DNA of 64,000 bases, from positions 14,446,110-14,510,109 of the forward strand of contig NC_134030.1 of NCBI RefSeq assembly GCF_964204645.1, in the 5' to 3' direction. Positions 36,901 to 50,134 of this stretch are shown in pieces. A model generated the notes under the pieces. It was not told the origin of the DNA and made no database searches. It saw nothing but the letters and a program-made list of their open reading frames with translations. Position 1 is the stretch's first letter. Each line of letters starts with the position of its first letter. The position numbers and the translations under genes were made by a program. The DNA is from Tubulanus polymorphus. Taxonomy: Eukaryota; Animalia; Nemertea.

Positions 36901-39900
36901 ATACCGGCGAGCTTGCGAGTTTCTTCGCTATTTGACGACCAAGATCTTAAATTGAATCTGCCGTCAGCTAGTATCTTACGTGACTGTGTGTAGTAAGTTT
37001 TGGCGTCAGCTTCAGAAGGAACTGAAGTCAAAACGTTATCAACGTAAATGTTCTTACTTAAATTAGAAGAAGTCTCATTACGATTCTGTTTCAGATGATG
37101 CAGTACTGTGCTATTCAAAATGAAAGGAGATGAAGTTGCTCCAAATAGCACTCTTTTGAAACGGTATATTTCAAATTTTGAATTTGCATCATCTGCATTA
37201 CTAAGCCAGAAAAATCTAGTCGCATCCCTGTCTTTCGGATGTAAGCCAATCTGCAAAAAAGCCTTCTCTATGTCGGCGGCCAATCCGACGTCAAAGAAAC
37301 GGAATCTCAATAGAATTGATGTCAATTCATTTAATAAAGAAGGGCCCGAATCAAGACAATCATTAAGGCTAGGATTATCCGAAGTCCGAAAACCGCAATC
37401 GAAAACGATCCGAATTGGCGTGGTTTTTTAATCTCGAAAGACAGGGTGATGCGCCAAATAGCGGATTCTATCAGACTTTGATAATTCAGAATCTGACACT
37501 TTCTCGATAAACCCTTTCTCTAATTGATCAGAGATTATGTTAGAATACACTCTCAGCATATCTGGAGTTCTCGCTAAACGTTGCAAAGTACCACGAGTAC
37601 GGTTTGTGACTGCATTGTAATTGGTTGGCAGAGGAGGATGATCCTCTCGCCACGGAAACTTTGCTTGGTACCTGTTATCCCTTTCTTTATCGATATAGTT
37701 TGAACAGTAATTATCAAGAAATTTCTGATCGGAATCATGTGTACACTCTGGCATTATACCTATAGACTCTAATGACCAAAAATCCGATGAATCAGGTTGA
37801 GAAGTAAGATTGATTAAAACATTAATCGAATGAAATAAAGAAAGGTCAACAGGGCCAGCAATCAAATAACCTAATTTAGATTTTAGAGCAATCGGGCCAG
37901 ATTTCGTTCGAATAATTTCATCACAAATGAACTGATAATAGAAATCTGCACCGATGAGTAACTCAACCTCAAAATTCTCAGAATGATCGATAGAATGGGC
38001 TAACGTAAGCCCTTTAAATTCGGGTATTTCAACAGTACTAGCAGGTACCAATAGTGGTTCAGTAATCTCGTCTATCACTAAAGCTTGAATAGTAACAGTC
38101 GAGCCATCTATGCAATGGACACGAATATCAACAACATCAAAATATCGTATCTGAGAGTTAGAACTAAATGCCGAAACTTTCAAACTATAACGAGCGTAGA
38201 TTTCTAAATCTAATGAGTCTACAACCTTCCTAGATACAAACGTTCTTTGTGACCCGTCGTCAAACAAAATATTACAAATTTTAGATTCATTTTGACCTGC
38301 AATTCTAGCTACTGCTGTTTTCAACAAAACAGAACTAGCCTGAACTGAATGATTATTTGAACTCTCATATACCGATGAATCTGTACAATTATAGTGATTG
38401 ACTGACAGTGTAGGTTGTTTCGGTTCGGTTTGGGTGATGATTGTAGAATCACCTGGCGCATCTCTAGACTCCGGTAGAACTATATTACCGTAATTCGAAG
38501 GTTTGATTTCTGGAGTAGGAGAAATGATACCTTGTGTACGTAGTTGATGAGTTTTCTCTCGAGTAAAACATAGACTTGAGTGATGTTTCTTCGAACAAAA
38601 ACGGCAGCGGCCAGATGATTTACAATCTTTCACTAGGTGATCACCCAAACAGTTGAAACACCTCCTTGCTTCTCTAACTAATTTCAACCTCTGTTGAATA
38701 TCGGTGACAGTAGGGCAATCTGAAGAAAAATGTGCAGAATTAGTACAGAAAATACAAAACTTTCGTTTCTCTCTTGAAAATCTCTGACTTTGATAAGTCT
38801 TTCTGGGATTCACTGACTTGGCGTTTGTCAGTAACGAGGTAACATCAGCGTCACATGCAAGCTTAGAAGAGGAAACTTCATTGAATTTATCGCACGATTC
38901 GAATATTTGTAACTCCTCTAATATGGCACAACGAAGTTCATCTAATGACCAATCGGAATGTAACTTGTTACACGAACGGGCGATTGTTCGACGAAAATTT
39001 AACGGCAATTTTTCCAACATAATTGGCACTAATAACGAGCCATACGAGGATGGTGATCTACCGACGGACTCCAGATGACGAATATAACTTTCGGTTTGAT
39101 CATAGAAATGTCTCAGTGATACATGATCGTTAGATGGAGGAGATATTTCTAATAAAGCACGTAAATAACCTTGTTCAATTTTCTGAGATTGGCCGAATCG
39201 CTGCTTCAGTAATTTAATGGCTGTACGATAATTCTCTTCGGTTAATGGTAACCCGTCTATACAGCCTTTTGCTTCTCCTAATAACTGACATTTCAAATAT
39301 GCAAATTTTTCGACATCAGAGAATGAACTGCTACTATGTACTGCAGCGTCAAACAGACCCCAGAAGGTTTGCCAGTTCAAAATATTCCCGTCAAACTTGG
39401 GTAATTGTAATTTTGGTAATGTCGATTTTTGAATATCAGATGTATACCTTTTCGGAGTAGATTCAGTTTTCGTGAGTTTTTCTATACTTTTTGAGTATGT
39501 CATTATTTCTCCAAATAAACCAGATAAATACGTCTCACCTTCCATCACGTGCGACGTTATATCTTCATCGGACTCCAGAAGTTCAAGTAACTGTGCGTCG
39601 ATGTTTTCCAGTTGCGTCAATTTCCGCTTGAGAGTTTCTAATGCAATGGTTGCTTTCAGGACATCTTGTTTTTCGACGTGGGTTTTCGCATCCCCTAGAA
39701 TTTTTGTCGCCACTCCACGGTTTGCCGTTCTGCTGGCTTTCTGCTTTTTCAAAGAATCAGACATCTCGGATTCAGACTCGGATTTCACGTAGCAGTTTTC
39801 TCAGTTCTACAACTCTACGGCTCGAGGGACCATGTAAACGCCTTCCCTGTTAGACTACGAACGACGAAACGACTGTATTAGAAGACGTCTAGTTTATTTC

Positions 39901-40065
39901 TCACCCACAGTACAGGGCTCAACAGTATAAATACTTGTGTTCAATGATGTGTAAATCACAAACTGCTTTAACATATAAAAGAGAATTCATGCTTGAAATG
40001 GTATACACTGAATACAGTTAAATCCAGATTACAGCATTACAGTATTCACTATTATAGTATTCACA
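33995..40065 (-). mobile_element. Full-length BEL/Pao LTR retrotransposon
   Basis: LTRs 33995-34226 and 39833-40065, near-identical; 5-bp TSD CCAAT; PBS TGGTCCCTCGAGCCG; PPT GGCGGCGGGAGGA. Confidence 0.95.
34384..39788 (-). pseudogene. BEL/Pao gag-pol polyprotein split by two frameshifts
   Basis: LPKLQLPKFDG gag; triple Cys/His knuckles; LFDDGSQRTF protease; ADIEKAFLQI/YVDN RT; LHTFADAS; TGVDYLGP/ISDNA/GGFYER integrase. Confidence 0.93.
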
Positions 40066-41640
40066 CCAATATCAGCCCATCCTTTTTTCCAGGACGCAAA
40101 CTGCGGATAGTGTCAATAACTGTTGTTGTTCCATTTTTTATTTTAATCAGCTGCCATTTTTTACATTCGATTCATATCCTATACTCCATTTCGTAAGATC
40201 CATGCTTATTTTATAATCCATATCCAATGATCTTTGTATCATTAACTAAGTTGATAACGTTGCAAGCTCGTCAGCAAGAATACTGAATTTAAAAGCGACT
40301 GCGAATAATCTTTATACTTGTGTGCTTCTCTCCGAGAATGCAATTTGATGTCTCGCGCCTTCTTATGGGGTGGCATTTCGCACCCTAAGCGCCTAAATTT
40401 TTATCGCGATTAAGCGCTTTTTGTTTTAATCATTTATGGCTGCATTCAAAACGCTTAATATGTCTACAACTTTTAGATCAACAATATTTGCTATCACATG
40501 ATCATCTCAATATCCATTCACTACACATGGATAATTGAATAATTAACGATTATTTGATATATTTTAGAATTTTGATCGATCTATAAATCTTTTTTATAGA
40601 TGAAGATTCCCTGCATTTTTTGTCTGATATATCCAAGTCACAATGTATCTGTAAGTTTGACAAGATGACTTCTACATTTTAACCGATTTGTTTTCATACA
40701 TATATTGACTTATACATATTATCTATATGGTAGTTGATGAGTCTCTTGACTTCATGTCTGATGTTTCGGAACTTTACGGACGAGGTAATTGAAATATTCA
40801 ACTCTACGTATTCCCCTTCCAATGCATTTTTGAGCAATTAAAAAAACAACGTTTGAAATTCTGGTTTTCTGAAGCTTTTCAGGATGACATTCATATCGAA
40901 GGGAAAAACGACACAATGACAGAGAAATCTAAACGGAAATTTCTCCCAGGTATCACGCAGCATTAAAACCATGAATAAATTATCTTTATGAAATATATGT
41001 ACGTAGAATTATGAGTAAAAAACTAATATTTATGAAATCTCCCTTTAATAGGTGTAAGTAGTACACCTAAGAAATGCAAGAGACATAGAGAGGACAAGAA
41101 TCAGACAACTAATATGTCCCCGTCATCTACAATATGTGAAACAAGAGGTAAATATAAAAGCTCTGAGATGATTGTTTTTCTATTTTTGCATAACAGTTAT
41201 TAGAAAAGTTTTACTTGCTTTGCAGAGCGTAATGTGTATTCATTTACAGACGACGAAAATGCAGATGATTCAATCCCGATACTTTCAGCTATCGGACAAG
41301 GAACTATACTGCGTAAGGCTGTAATAATTTCTGGGCTTCAAATGCAATCTTTCGATTTTATAGTTATAGTAGATCTAATGATGATGTGAAATGGGATTAT
41401 ATTTTAAGACAATAACGTGCATTCATTAACTGATGTTGAAGAAAACACTGATTGTGTTAGCTCGGGTGCCTCAAGTATCGACCACCAATGTGCAGATCTA
41501 GGTGAGTTCCGTAATCAATACAGCAATTCAGAATTGTTATTGTATGTAGACTGACATAAAGACAGGCCTATGAGACACTCGTTTGTCCGATAGCACAATA
41601 GAAAACCGACGAGTATTTCAAAATAACCTTAATCAATATA

Positions 41641-41682
41641 ATCAGGGAAGTGTAAACACGACTCTCATTACACTTCCCTGAT
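41641..41682. repeat. Short inverted repeat (MITE remnant) in an intron
   Basis: ATCAGGGAAGTGTAA...TTACACTTCCCTGAT, flanked by TA-rich sequence. Confidence 0.6.
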
Positions 41683-42222
41683 ATAATAGAGTAAAATACC
41701 AATGCGTAAACAAAATTGAAAATTCATAACTCATATATAAACTGGTGTTAGTAATACAAACACCATTGTTTGGATTTCATTTGCCTAGTCTGTATAAGAA
41801 AATGAAAATGACAATAACGAAAGCATAATAAGGAATAATTACTAATTACGATATCATTTTAATTCTAGCGCTACGAGTTTTTTTTTAGTTGATTGGATTC
41901 GATAACAATTAATGTATTTTTCATTGAAAAAAGTATAAGTGGTTTTGTACCAAGAGGGATACATATTTATAGGGTATTTTTACCTGTTACTGAATGTAAT
42001 ACTTGAACAACTTTTCAGAACGTGACACAATGTATCAACTGCAAAATGACCACATTATAGATGAGAATGCCACTGGAGTAAATGTGATAATACCGCATAT
42101 TGTAAAGAAGAATATTGAAATCAAGGCTAAACGTAATTTTCTTGAGACTAATTCTTTTCCTTTTCATCAAACGTTTCATATTTTTGAATAGATGTTTGAT
42201 ATTTGCCAACAACATTTTTCAG

Positions 42223-44519
42223 GACCGAGCGAAAGCCAATTGGACCGCAAGACAAGCGATGTTGTTATATCTGACGCATTGAGATCCTGTTGTAAAGAGT
42301 ATTGCACTCTTCATTTTACAGTCGCAGAAACGAAAGCCATTAGGACTAGATTCTGGAGCCTCTCTATTGAAATGCGACATGAGCTGATCACATTTGCTGG
42401 CCAATCAAATGTATCAATGCAACATCAACAAACACGAAGAAGATTTATCGTTAACGGTCACCAAATTTGTTTTTCTGCGTGGTGTAGTATTTATGGAATC
42501 AGTAGAATGACTTTCTACCGCATAGCCGCTATATCTAATCTGACAACCGGGCGTGGAATTAGCAACACTACACAGTTTGCGATAACGTGGTTACAAAGGG
42601 AACTCAGTTTACGGGCAGAATATGCCCCCGATAAAGATGAGGCTTGGTTGCCACGGGCTTATGACAAGAGCGATCTTTACAAACTTTACGTTGAGGAATG
42701 TAATGGCAAAAATTTTGACAATTAGCGAAATCTTCTTTCTACCGTTTATGGAAAGATAAATTCTTCTTCGTCAAGAAAAGAAAAGTATATATTGGTCTAG
42801 TTAGAAATTTTGACGCAAATGTTTACATGATATCGATGATGTTAAAATGATCAAATTCAAATTTTTAGGGAAATCAATTTTCGAAATGTTCTACCTGCGT
42901 TGAGATCGCAAGAAACATACAAACTTGCCACATGAGTGAGAAAGACAGATGGAAGAAACTTAAAGATTCACACATTCAAGCTGTGATGTATGTTAACTTA
43001 ATGTCATAAAAAAACAATCTAATCTGCTAAACTATTCGGTTACAAATAGTTATCATTACATTCAATAATGAATTCATTTATTTTCAGGCTGGAAAGATAC
43101 GCATACAACATGCGGAAAAAGATGGCCATCGAAGAGCCTCAAGAATATCTCAGCTTGATAATTGATGGAATGTATCAAAATAAAACATGCATTCCACACT
43201 TTGTTGGCCCCAGGTCAAAGGTATGAGGGCTATGAATATTTCAAAGCCGTTTCGCAATAATTTTCAACAACGAAATCTATTGTTTTTTAATGGAAAATCT
43301 ATGTTTATTGTTAGGAAATGTCTGCTGCCGAAGTTTTGAAGACTCATGTCACCGGTGTAATTAGCCATGGCCATAATTTTCGCAAGTGCTACGTCGACGT
43401 GTTACAATACAAACACGATTCAAATCTCACAATAAATATCCTGGTGAAAACGTTATGGAAATTATCGCAGGTGACACATGTTCTTAATTTAGCATGATAA
43501 TAATAGGAGTTATAAATTTTGAACTACTAGTCCGTTGGCAGTGAATTCAGTGATACGTAAAATTACGATAGAAACGCAACGAGTAAAAATGTCATAGTTA
43601 AATATTCGCAGTATATATTCCAAAAACTTCACGATCGATTTCGCAGTTATAAGAAATAAAACCACTGGAAATGGAGAAATTTAAACATAATATGACATCA
43701 GTTTTCCATTTGGAATCATCAATAATGATAATTTTCATTGGTTCATCACATTTTACCTGAGCATTTCATTTGTAATATTGAAAAATATTGATTACAGAAT
43801 GGAAGATTGCCAAGAACACTTTATGTGCAAGCTGACAACTGTAGCCGGGAGAATAAAAACAAATATGTTCTCGCTTTCCTGGAGTTATTAGTTCGAAGGG
43901 AGATCTTCCAACAGGTAAAACTTATCGACATCAATTCTGTTTTCTAGGTATCTCTGCCAGTAACGTGTTTACTTTACAACAATACGTCCTATTTTACAGG
44001 TCCAGTTGAGTTTTTTGTATGTTGGGCATACGCATGAGGATATTCATCAGCTATTTAGTGTAGTCTCTAAAGTACTAGGCAAAAACGAAGCATTAGACTT
44101 GCCTGAGCTGTTATCGTTACTGCCCCTTGGAGAGGAAATAGAAGGACTCTACAACTACAGGGATTGGTTAGGACCCAATATTATCGACGTTGCAAACCAC
44201 AGCCGGCCGAATATATTTCTTTTCAAAAGAAGTGGTAATGGGCGCTCTGTAGATCTGTTCTACCGGAAAACAAGTCGACAGTCATGGAATGTTGTAAAAG
44301 ATGGAATTCTACGCTCCATGCCTTCTGGTAAACCCAATCTTTTGTTGCAAGACTACACTGATTTCGAAGTCGACAAATTGAGTAGAAATATTACTACTAG
44401 ACTCTCGCGCTTTTTACCCGATCAAAAAAGGGTCTGGTGGGAGAAGTTTCTTAGTGAAATTACGATTCTCCGGTCTGATGCCGATAAACTCGAATCGAAG
44501 TCAAAAAGGGCAGCTGTAT
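42223..44519 (+). pseudogene. Intron-containing DDD-type DNA transposase (Sola-like); more 5' exons probably from ~40650
   Basis: Exons 42223-42784, 42869-42987, 43088-43220, 43315-43470, 43798-43914 and 44000-44519 give FSKCSTC, IIDGMYQNKT.IPHF, HDSNLT, YVQADNCSRENKN and FLYVGHTHEDIHQLFS. Stop at 42723. The usual DGMDQ and DIDQ motifs are substituted. Confidence 0.8.
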
Positions 44520-46887
44520 GCGGTTCCTGAACTTCGCTGAAAAAGCTGAAACACTGAAAAGCTGAAACGCTGAAATGAAAACGCTGAAATTTCAGGGAAT
44601 TTCCGAAAAACGCCGAAATTTCAGGGAATTCCCGAAAAACGCTGAAATCGTGCTAGGTACCGACAATACACGTTTTGAAATGTTTTCCGGGACGGTGTCC
44701 GCTGACGAGTCCTGAACCGTGTTGTATGCTCTACCTTCGGTTACAGAGACATGCCTTAAGGTCGTCGTCATGATCGATTGCGGATTGCGTGGATTGTTAG
44801 ATGTGTTTTTTGCCATAGTTTTATGTGCATATACGGGTACGATTTAACAATGAAGTTATCACTTCATTTGAATAAATTCTTAATTACAGTAATATTAATT
44901 CACAATATTTTTTCTTATGTTTGGTGATTTCTTGCAACTTATCATTGCCAAGTCTCATACAAGTAGTTGCTGAATGAAAGTACAGTTAGGCTGAACCCGA
45001 TAACCCAAATCAAGTGCTAGTATGTAACTTATGATTATTTTGATTCTATTTTCGGTGTCATTTTCGGTGAAATTTGTTAATAATGGTTCAACCGTCATAG
45101 TATACTGTACTTAGCATTGCTACGATTGGGTGCCATATTTCTACAATTTTTACTAGGAGGAAGGAATCTTTAAGTGTCTTTGTTCCCGGGTAGGGTACGG
45201 GGTAAAACCTGGTTTACTTTTTCTTTCGACTTGCCGGAGACTACTATCTGCAATGTATGGCATGCTTTGATTTGTCTGGCCTATAGGAGTCGAACGATAT
45301 TTTTTCCCATACACAGGCTTGGCTTTAGTGTAGATGAAGGCTAGGCACTGCACATTGTGGATTGACTGGAACTCTTAACTCACAAAATTAAACGAGTCAA
45401 CAAGAAAGATCCAATAATTGGACATTTGTCTAACTATATTATTTAACAGCTTGAAATAATACATAACACATTCTGCAAGAGTACACAAAGGAAATCAGTT
45501 CTTACATTATATCAGAATCAATAGTTCGCTTAACTCTGGCTAGAATTCTGGTTCCATTGCTTCATATTCTAATGAAATCCACTAGCATACCTTAGAATAT
45601 CGCTTAGCTTAAGACTAAAAATTTGGTACCAGGAAACAGGGAAGAAAAGTGGGTGTACTGTACATCCGCAATTGACTTATTTCTCTCTGGTTGAATCAAG
45701 TTATTATTGAAATAGCATTCGAATAGTCATTTTATTTTTAAAAATTGTGTCGTTCAGCTATCCTGCTGCAAATTTCGCAGTTGAAGTTTACTGGTGCCAT
45801 CTGACTTCTCAGTATCTCAAAAAATTTGCACATTCTAAGCCTGAATCTAAAAATAGAAAAAGGTGCATTTTAGTCGGATATAAAAGAATAGTGGCTAATA
45901 CACCCACTATAAAGCCTATGGGGTGGGCCTAGTTTGAAAGCACTGAGGTCCGAGAGAACAGCACTTAGTAAATAAATACTGAAATTAAACTTACAAAACA
46001 CCCAGTACTTGAGATGATGTACTTGACAAGAAGTGTCTCCAGCTAAGCAAATCAACTTTGTCTATGACTCCACCTTTTATAGATTCAGTAGTAGTCTAAA
46101 AATAAGAATCGGTACATTTTTCTAACAGTTGGTATGTCATTTCTTCAAAAAAGGCTAATTATTATCACGCCACAACAAATAAATTATTCACAGTTGTTGA
46201 ATGGTTTGCCCGATTTAGATTAATTGGTTGACGCTAATCAGTATGACCCATACGTAGGGGCCTACTGCATGCCATTGGCGTCAATCCATTCCATTCCATT
46301 CCACTGTGAATTAAAAAGAAATTTAGTTAGATCCCTTTTGTCCAAAAGCTGCATCATTTATATAACTAGCTGTCAAATTTAATTTACCTCCTCCAGAGAA
46401 TACCATAGTGACATAGTCCGTCGCCCACCAACGTGTTGACAAAAGAAAAGTTGCTCCATGTTTTTTATACATGAACGTTCAAATAAGATATTTTGCGTCT
46501 TGCAGGGAATATTGAGCATAGTGTTTAAGTTGGCTTACACGGTTTGTGAATGGGTTTTCCTCATTATGCTGCCTGTATGCATTAAAAATCCGGATTTAAA
46601 AGCGAATTAATTTGTCCAACAAGTGGCCCTCTAGAAGTATACTCCACACATACTGTCCATGCCTGTCTCTGTAACCGAAGGTAGAGACTAAAACACGGTT
46701 CAGGACTCGGCAGCGGACACCGGCCAGGAAAATATTTCAAAACGTGTATTGTTGGTACCTAGCACGATTTCAGCGTTTTTCGGGAATTCCCTGAAATTTC
46801 GGCGTTTTTCGGAAATTCCCTGAAATTTCAGCGTTTTTATTTCAGCGTTTCAGCGATTCAGCTTTTTCAGCGAAGTTCAGGAACCGC
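44520..46887. mobile_element. Non-autonomous DNA transposon with ~235-bp TIRs
   Basis: GCGGTTCCTGAACTTCGCTGAAAAAGCTGAA...TTCAGCTTTTTCAGCGAAGTTCAGGAACCGC; GCTGAAA micro-repeats inside the TIRs; TAT on both flanks. Confidence 0.9.
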
Positions 46888-46895
46888 TATCGCGC

Positions 46896-48448
46896 ATGCC
46901 CTGTCGTCAGTGCGAGAGGATTGAAGGGATCTGTTCTGAAAAACAAACACCAATATCTGTGAGGAAACGAGCAGTTAAGAAAATGACAATTCACAACGAC
47001 ATGCCGTATTCCTACAGCGAGTTCTTACCGTCGTCAGAGTGGTCACTCGAGAATATGAAACTAGAACAGGGGAAAGAAAGAGACTTGAAATGGGTCCTTG
47101 CTCACATCCGAGATGATGAACGCCCCGGATGGCATCAAGTTTCCTCACAAGGTGTTCCCTGCAAATTTTATTGGACCCACTGGAATGATCTGAAAATGAT
47201 TGAGGGGCTCTTACACATTATAAAGAGAAGAGAAGGTTACCCGGACTCAACTCTATTAATCTTACCTGAAAAGTTTAGGAAGCAAGTCCTCGACCATATT
47301 CATTCATCTGCAGTCGGGGGTCACTTTGGTGTCAAAAAGACCCTCTTTCTATTTCACGATCGTTTTTTTGGCACGGTATCGGTGATGACGTAAAGTGTTT
47401 CTGTAGAGGGTGTGATAAGTGCGCTTCAAAGAAGTCCTCAAGTAGATTAAAAGCACCCATGAACAACTGTCTGGTAGGTCAACCTATGGAGAGAGTATCG
47501 ATGGATATATTGGGTCCATTACCTGAAACATATGATGGAAACATCTATATATTAGTTATTGGTGACTATTTTACGAAGTGGATCGAAGCATACGCAATTC
47601 CGAACCAAGAAGCAGTAACTTGCGCCCGGAAACTCGTATACGAGTTTATTACTCGATTTGGCGTCCCCAGAATCATACATTCGGACCAAGGTCGAAACTT
47701 CCAGTCCAAGTTGATGGCGGAAGCGTGTGAACTCCTTCAAATCCATAAAACCAGAAGTACCGCATTTCGTCCCCAATCGAACGGAATGATCGAACGTTAT
47801 AACCGAACACTGTTTATGTGTCCGTCTATTAAGGTTGAAGTAAACCAGATGGACTGGGACCAACACTTACCATACGTCACCATGGCGTACAGGGCGACGA
47901 TACACGATGCAACTGGGTTTAGCCCAAACCGATTTATGTTGGGTCGCGAAATTGACCTACCCATTGACGTTATCACAGGTGGTCCTCGCTGCGAAATTCC
48001 AGTCCTCAGCAGTCAATACGTTATTGAAATGAAGCACCGGTTATCAGAGTCTTTTCACGAGGTCCGCATACAAACTCATAAGCGAGCTGAAAGAAACAAA
48101 ACACAATACAATGTCAAATCTAAACCACACACATTTGCGATAGATTCTAGAGTATGGCTGTATACCCCTTCCACAATGTCGGGTAGAACGAAAAAGCTAT
48201 CATGCTTATGGTCTGGGCCATGTACCATACTTGAGAATTTTAACGATGTAATTTTTCGTGTCAGGCTTCCCTCCGGGAAGGAGAAATGCGTCCATAGTGA
48301 CCGATTAAAAGAGTATCTCGTAACTAATGATGTCTTTTCTCGAGGCAACGATGTTTCACCTAGTGACGATCCAAATCTCAACTGTCAACCGTACCAAACG
48401 AGAACTGGGCGTCCTATTCGCCCACCCAAACGCATGGGTTGGGACTGA
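46896..48448 (+). pseudogene. Gypsy B integrase, frameshift near 47370
   Basis: H..GGHFG..KT zinc finger; VSMDILGP, IHSDQGRNF, NGMIERYN; WSGP; VHSDRLK. Confidence 0.92.
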
Positions 48449-50134
48449 GACTGCTGTTCTAATCTCTGGTCTGTTTTCCTTCCTTTCAGTTGAAGTCATG
48501 AAGACTAACGCAATGAAAGAGAACCGACGACCCGCGAATTGGTACTGCAAGTATTACAAGCGAAAGTTTTCAGCCAATTACAACAAGAAGAGACATCTCG
48601 AATTTTATTGTGCACCGTACAAATCTCGGGCTGGTTCGTCTCCGTTTATATTCAAGAGGTTCTATAGATATATGACGTGCGGTAAAGGAGCGGAAGACCG
48701 GGAAGAGGTGAAAGCTCACATAGAAACCAAACACTATAAGATTTTCAAAGACAATGGATCGAAATACTTAGGCTTAATCAAGCTGCTCGAAGAATCAGAG
48801 TCGAAACCGGTATTAAAAAGCGCGGTCTCGAAAATAAATACAGACCCCGCAACCGCGGCCGTAAAATCGACAACGAAAGATGAAGAAAATTTTGCAGACA
48901 TGCCGATACTAACCTTGGACGACATGGACATCGAATTTGCTTAATTGTTTGATGACCTCGACGATGTCATTCCGGAACCTGCCGATTCTGTTCCAGTTAC
49001 GAAACCGTCCGTGAACGAGGACCATGTATCACGAACTGTATTGATAAGTAAGAGGAAACCCGTCGAACCGGTAGCCATTAATAATCAAATTCCGATTCCG
49101 TCCAATTCCGCATCTTCCGTTTCTACAGATATGCCCACCGCGAACGACGCGTGGAAACTAAATCCTTTAGACAACTCAACAACAGCGCCCAGCGATCCGC
49201 GAGTTCCGATTCGTGTCATTCTGTGACAGTGGTATTGTTGAGTTTCAACAGCAGTCTCAATTCATAGGCAGTGCTGCCATCTTCTAACGATATCATAAAC
49301 TATTCCGCATTCATTATCCAACTCATTCAACAGTGCCATCTTTCGTGATAAAACTTTCGAACTTTGTTCCAGCGTCAGCTTTCATATAACTTTTTGTACT
49401 GAGATTGAACCTTAGGAAAATTACGACTAATGCGCGTCAGTTGCTCGTAAGTATTTGCTTTTGCGAGCAACGACTGCCGCTGAAGAACATAATTCAAAGT
49501 TAATGTTACATTTTTATGGGAAACTGTCACGTATAATGTCCTTTTGTAATTATTTCGGTTGAATAATGATATTTTTATGGGCAACGCTGTTGCGCTAACG
49601 ACAAATTAACGGGCTTTGGCAATGTCGTTCGCTAATGAGATGGGTTGGAGAATTGACTATATATACTGGGGTTTTTGGACCGTGGGGGAGACCGCTAGAA
49701 ATTTTTAGATCGTTGAGATCAGTTCGTGAAATAAAAGTAATTTTGAAGACAGGAACTCTGTGTGTTGCGACTCGTTTATTCTTGGACGTTTGTTAACATT
49801 CTATCACTCAAGTGGAATTCAAAGATCCCGTTAGTGACAAATGGTGGAGAACCTGGCGGGCATTTTACTTGAGTGAGGTATCGAGCTATTTAACAAACCA
49901 ACGGAAACAAAGATAATTCGCTGGAACAACACAGGAAGTAGGAACTCGAGAAAACGCACGGAAAATGGATTTTGGTAAATATTGAACAATACTTGTTATT
50001 TGATTTTGATTTCGTCGTGTGCGTAGAACAATTTTCTGTGGATAGACCGAATATTTTGCTGTCTCCTTCGGTCTATCGTACATTTAATTGACTTAATATT
50101 GAAGAACCTAGAAATTATTTGATTGAATTCGTGT

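Larger units (their letters stand above)
28498..40160 (-). pseudogene. Multi-exon gene with ParB/Srx-like N-terminal domain and coiled coil (transposon accessory gene), interrupted by BEL element
   Basis: AG/GT-bounded exons near 33170-33335, 32823-33090, 31860-32150, 31436-31670, 30565-30700, 30115-30190, 29617-29720 and others. Motifs LVRPLCSPHIENIKRSI...FEVIGGNHARQAIQEL and VYSNL...LALEHN. Exon limits are approximate. Confidence 0.6.

Noticed and set aside
49375-49584. Identical 69-aa ORFs here and at 55437-55646
   Set aside because: They result from the LTR duplication; no coding features.
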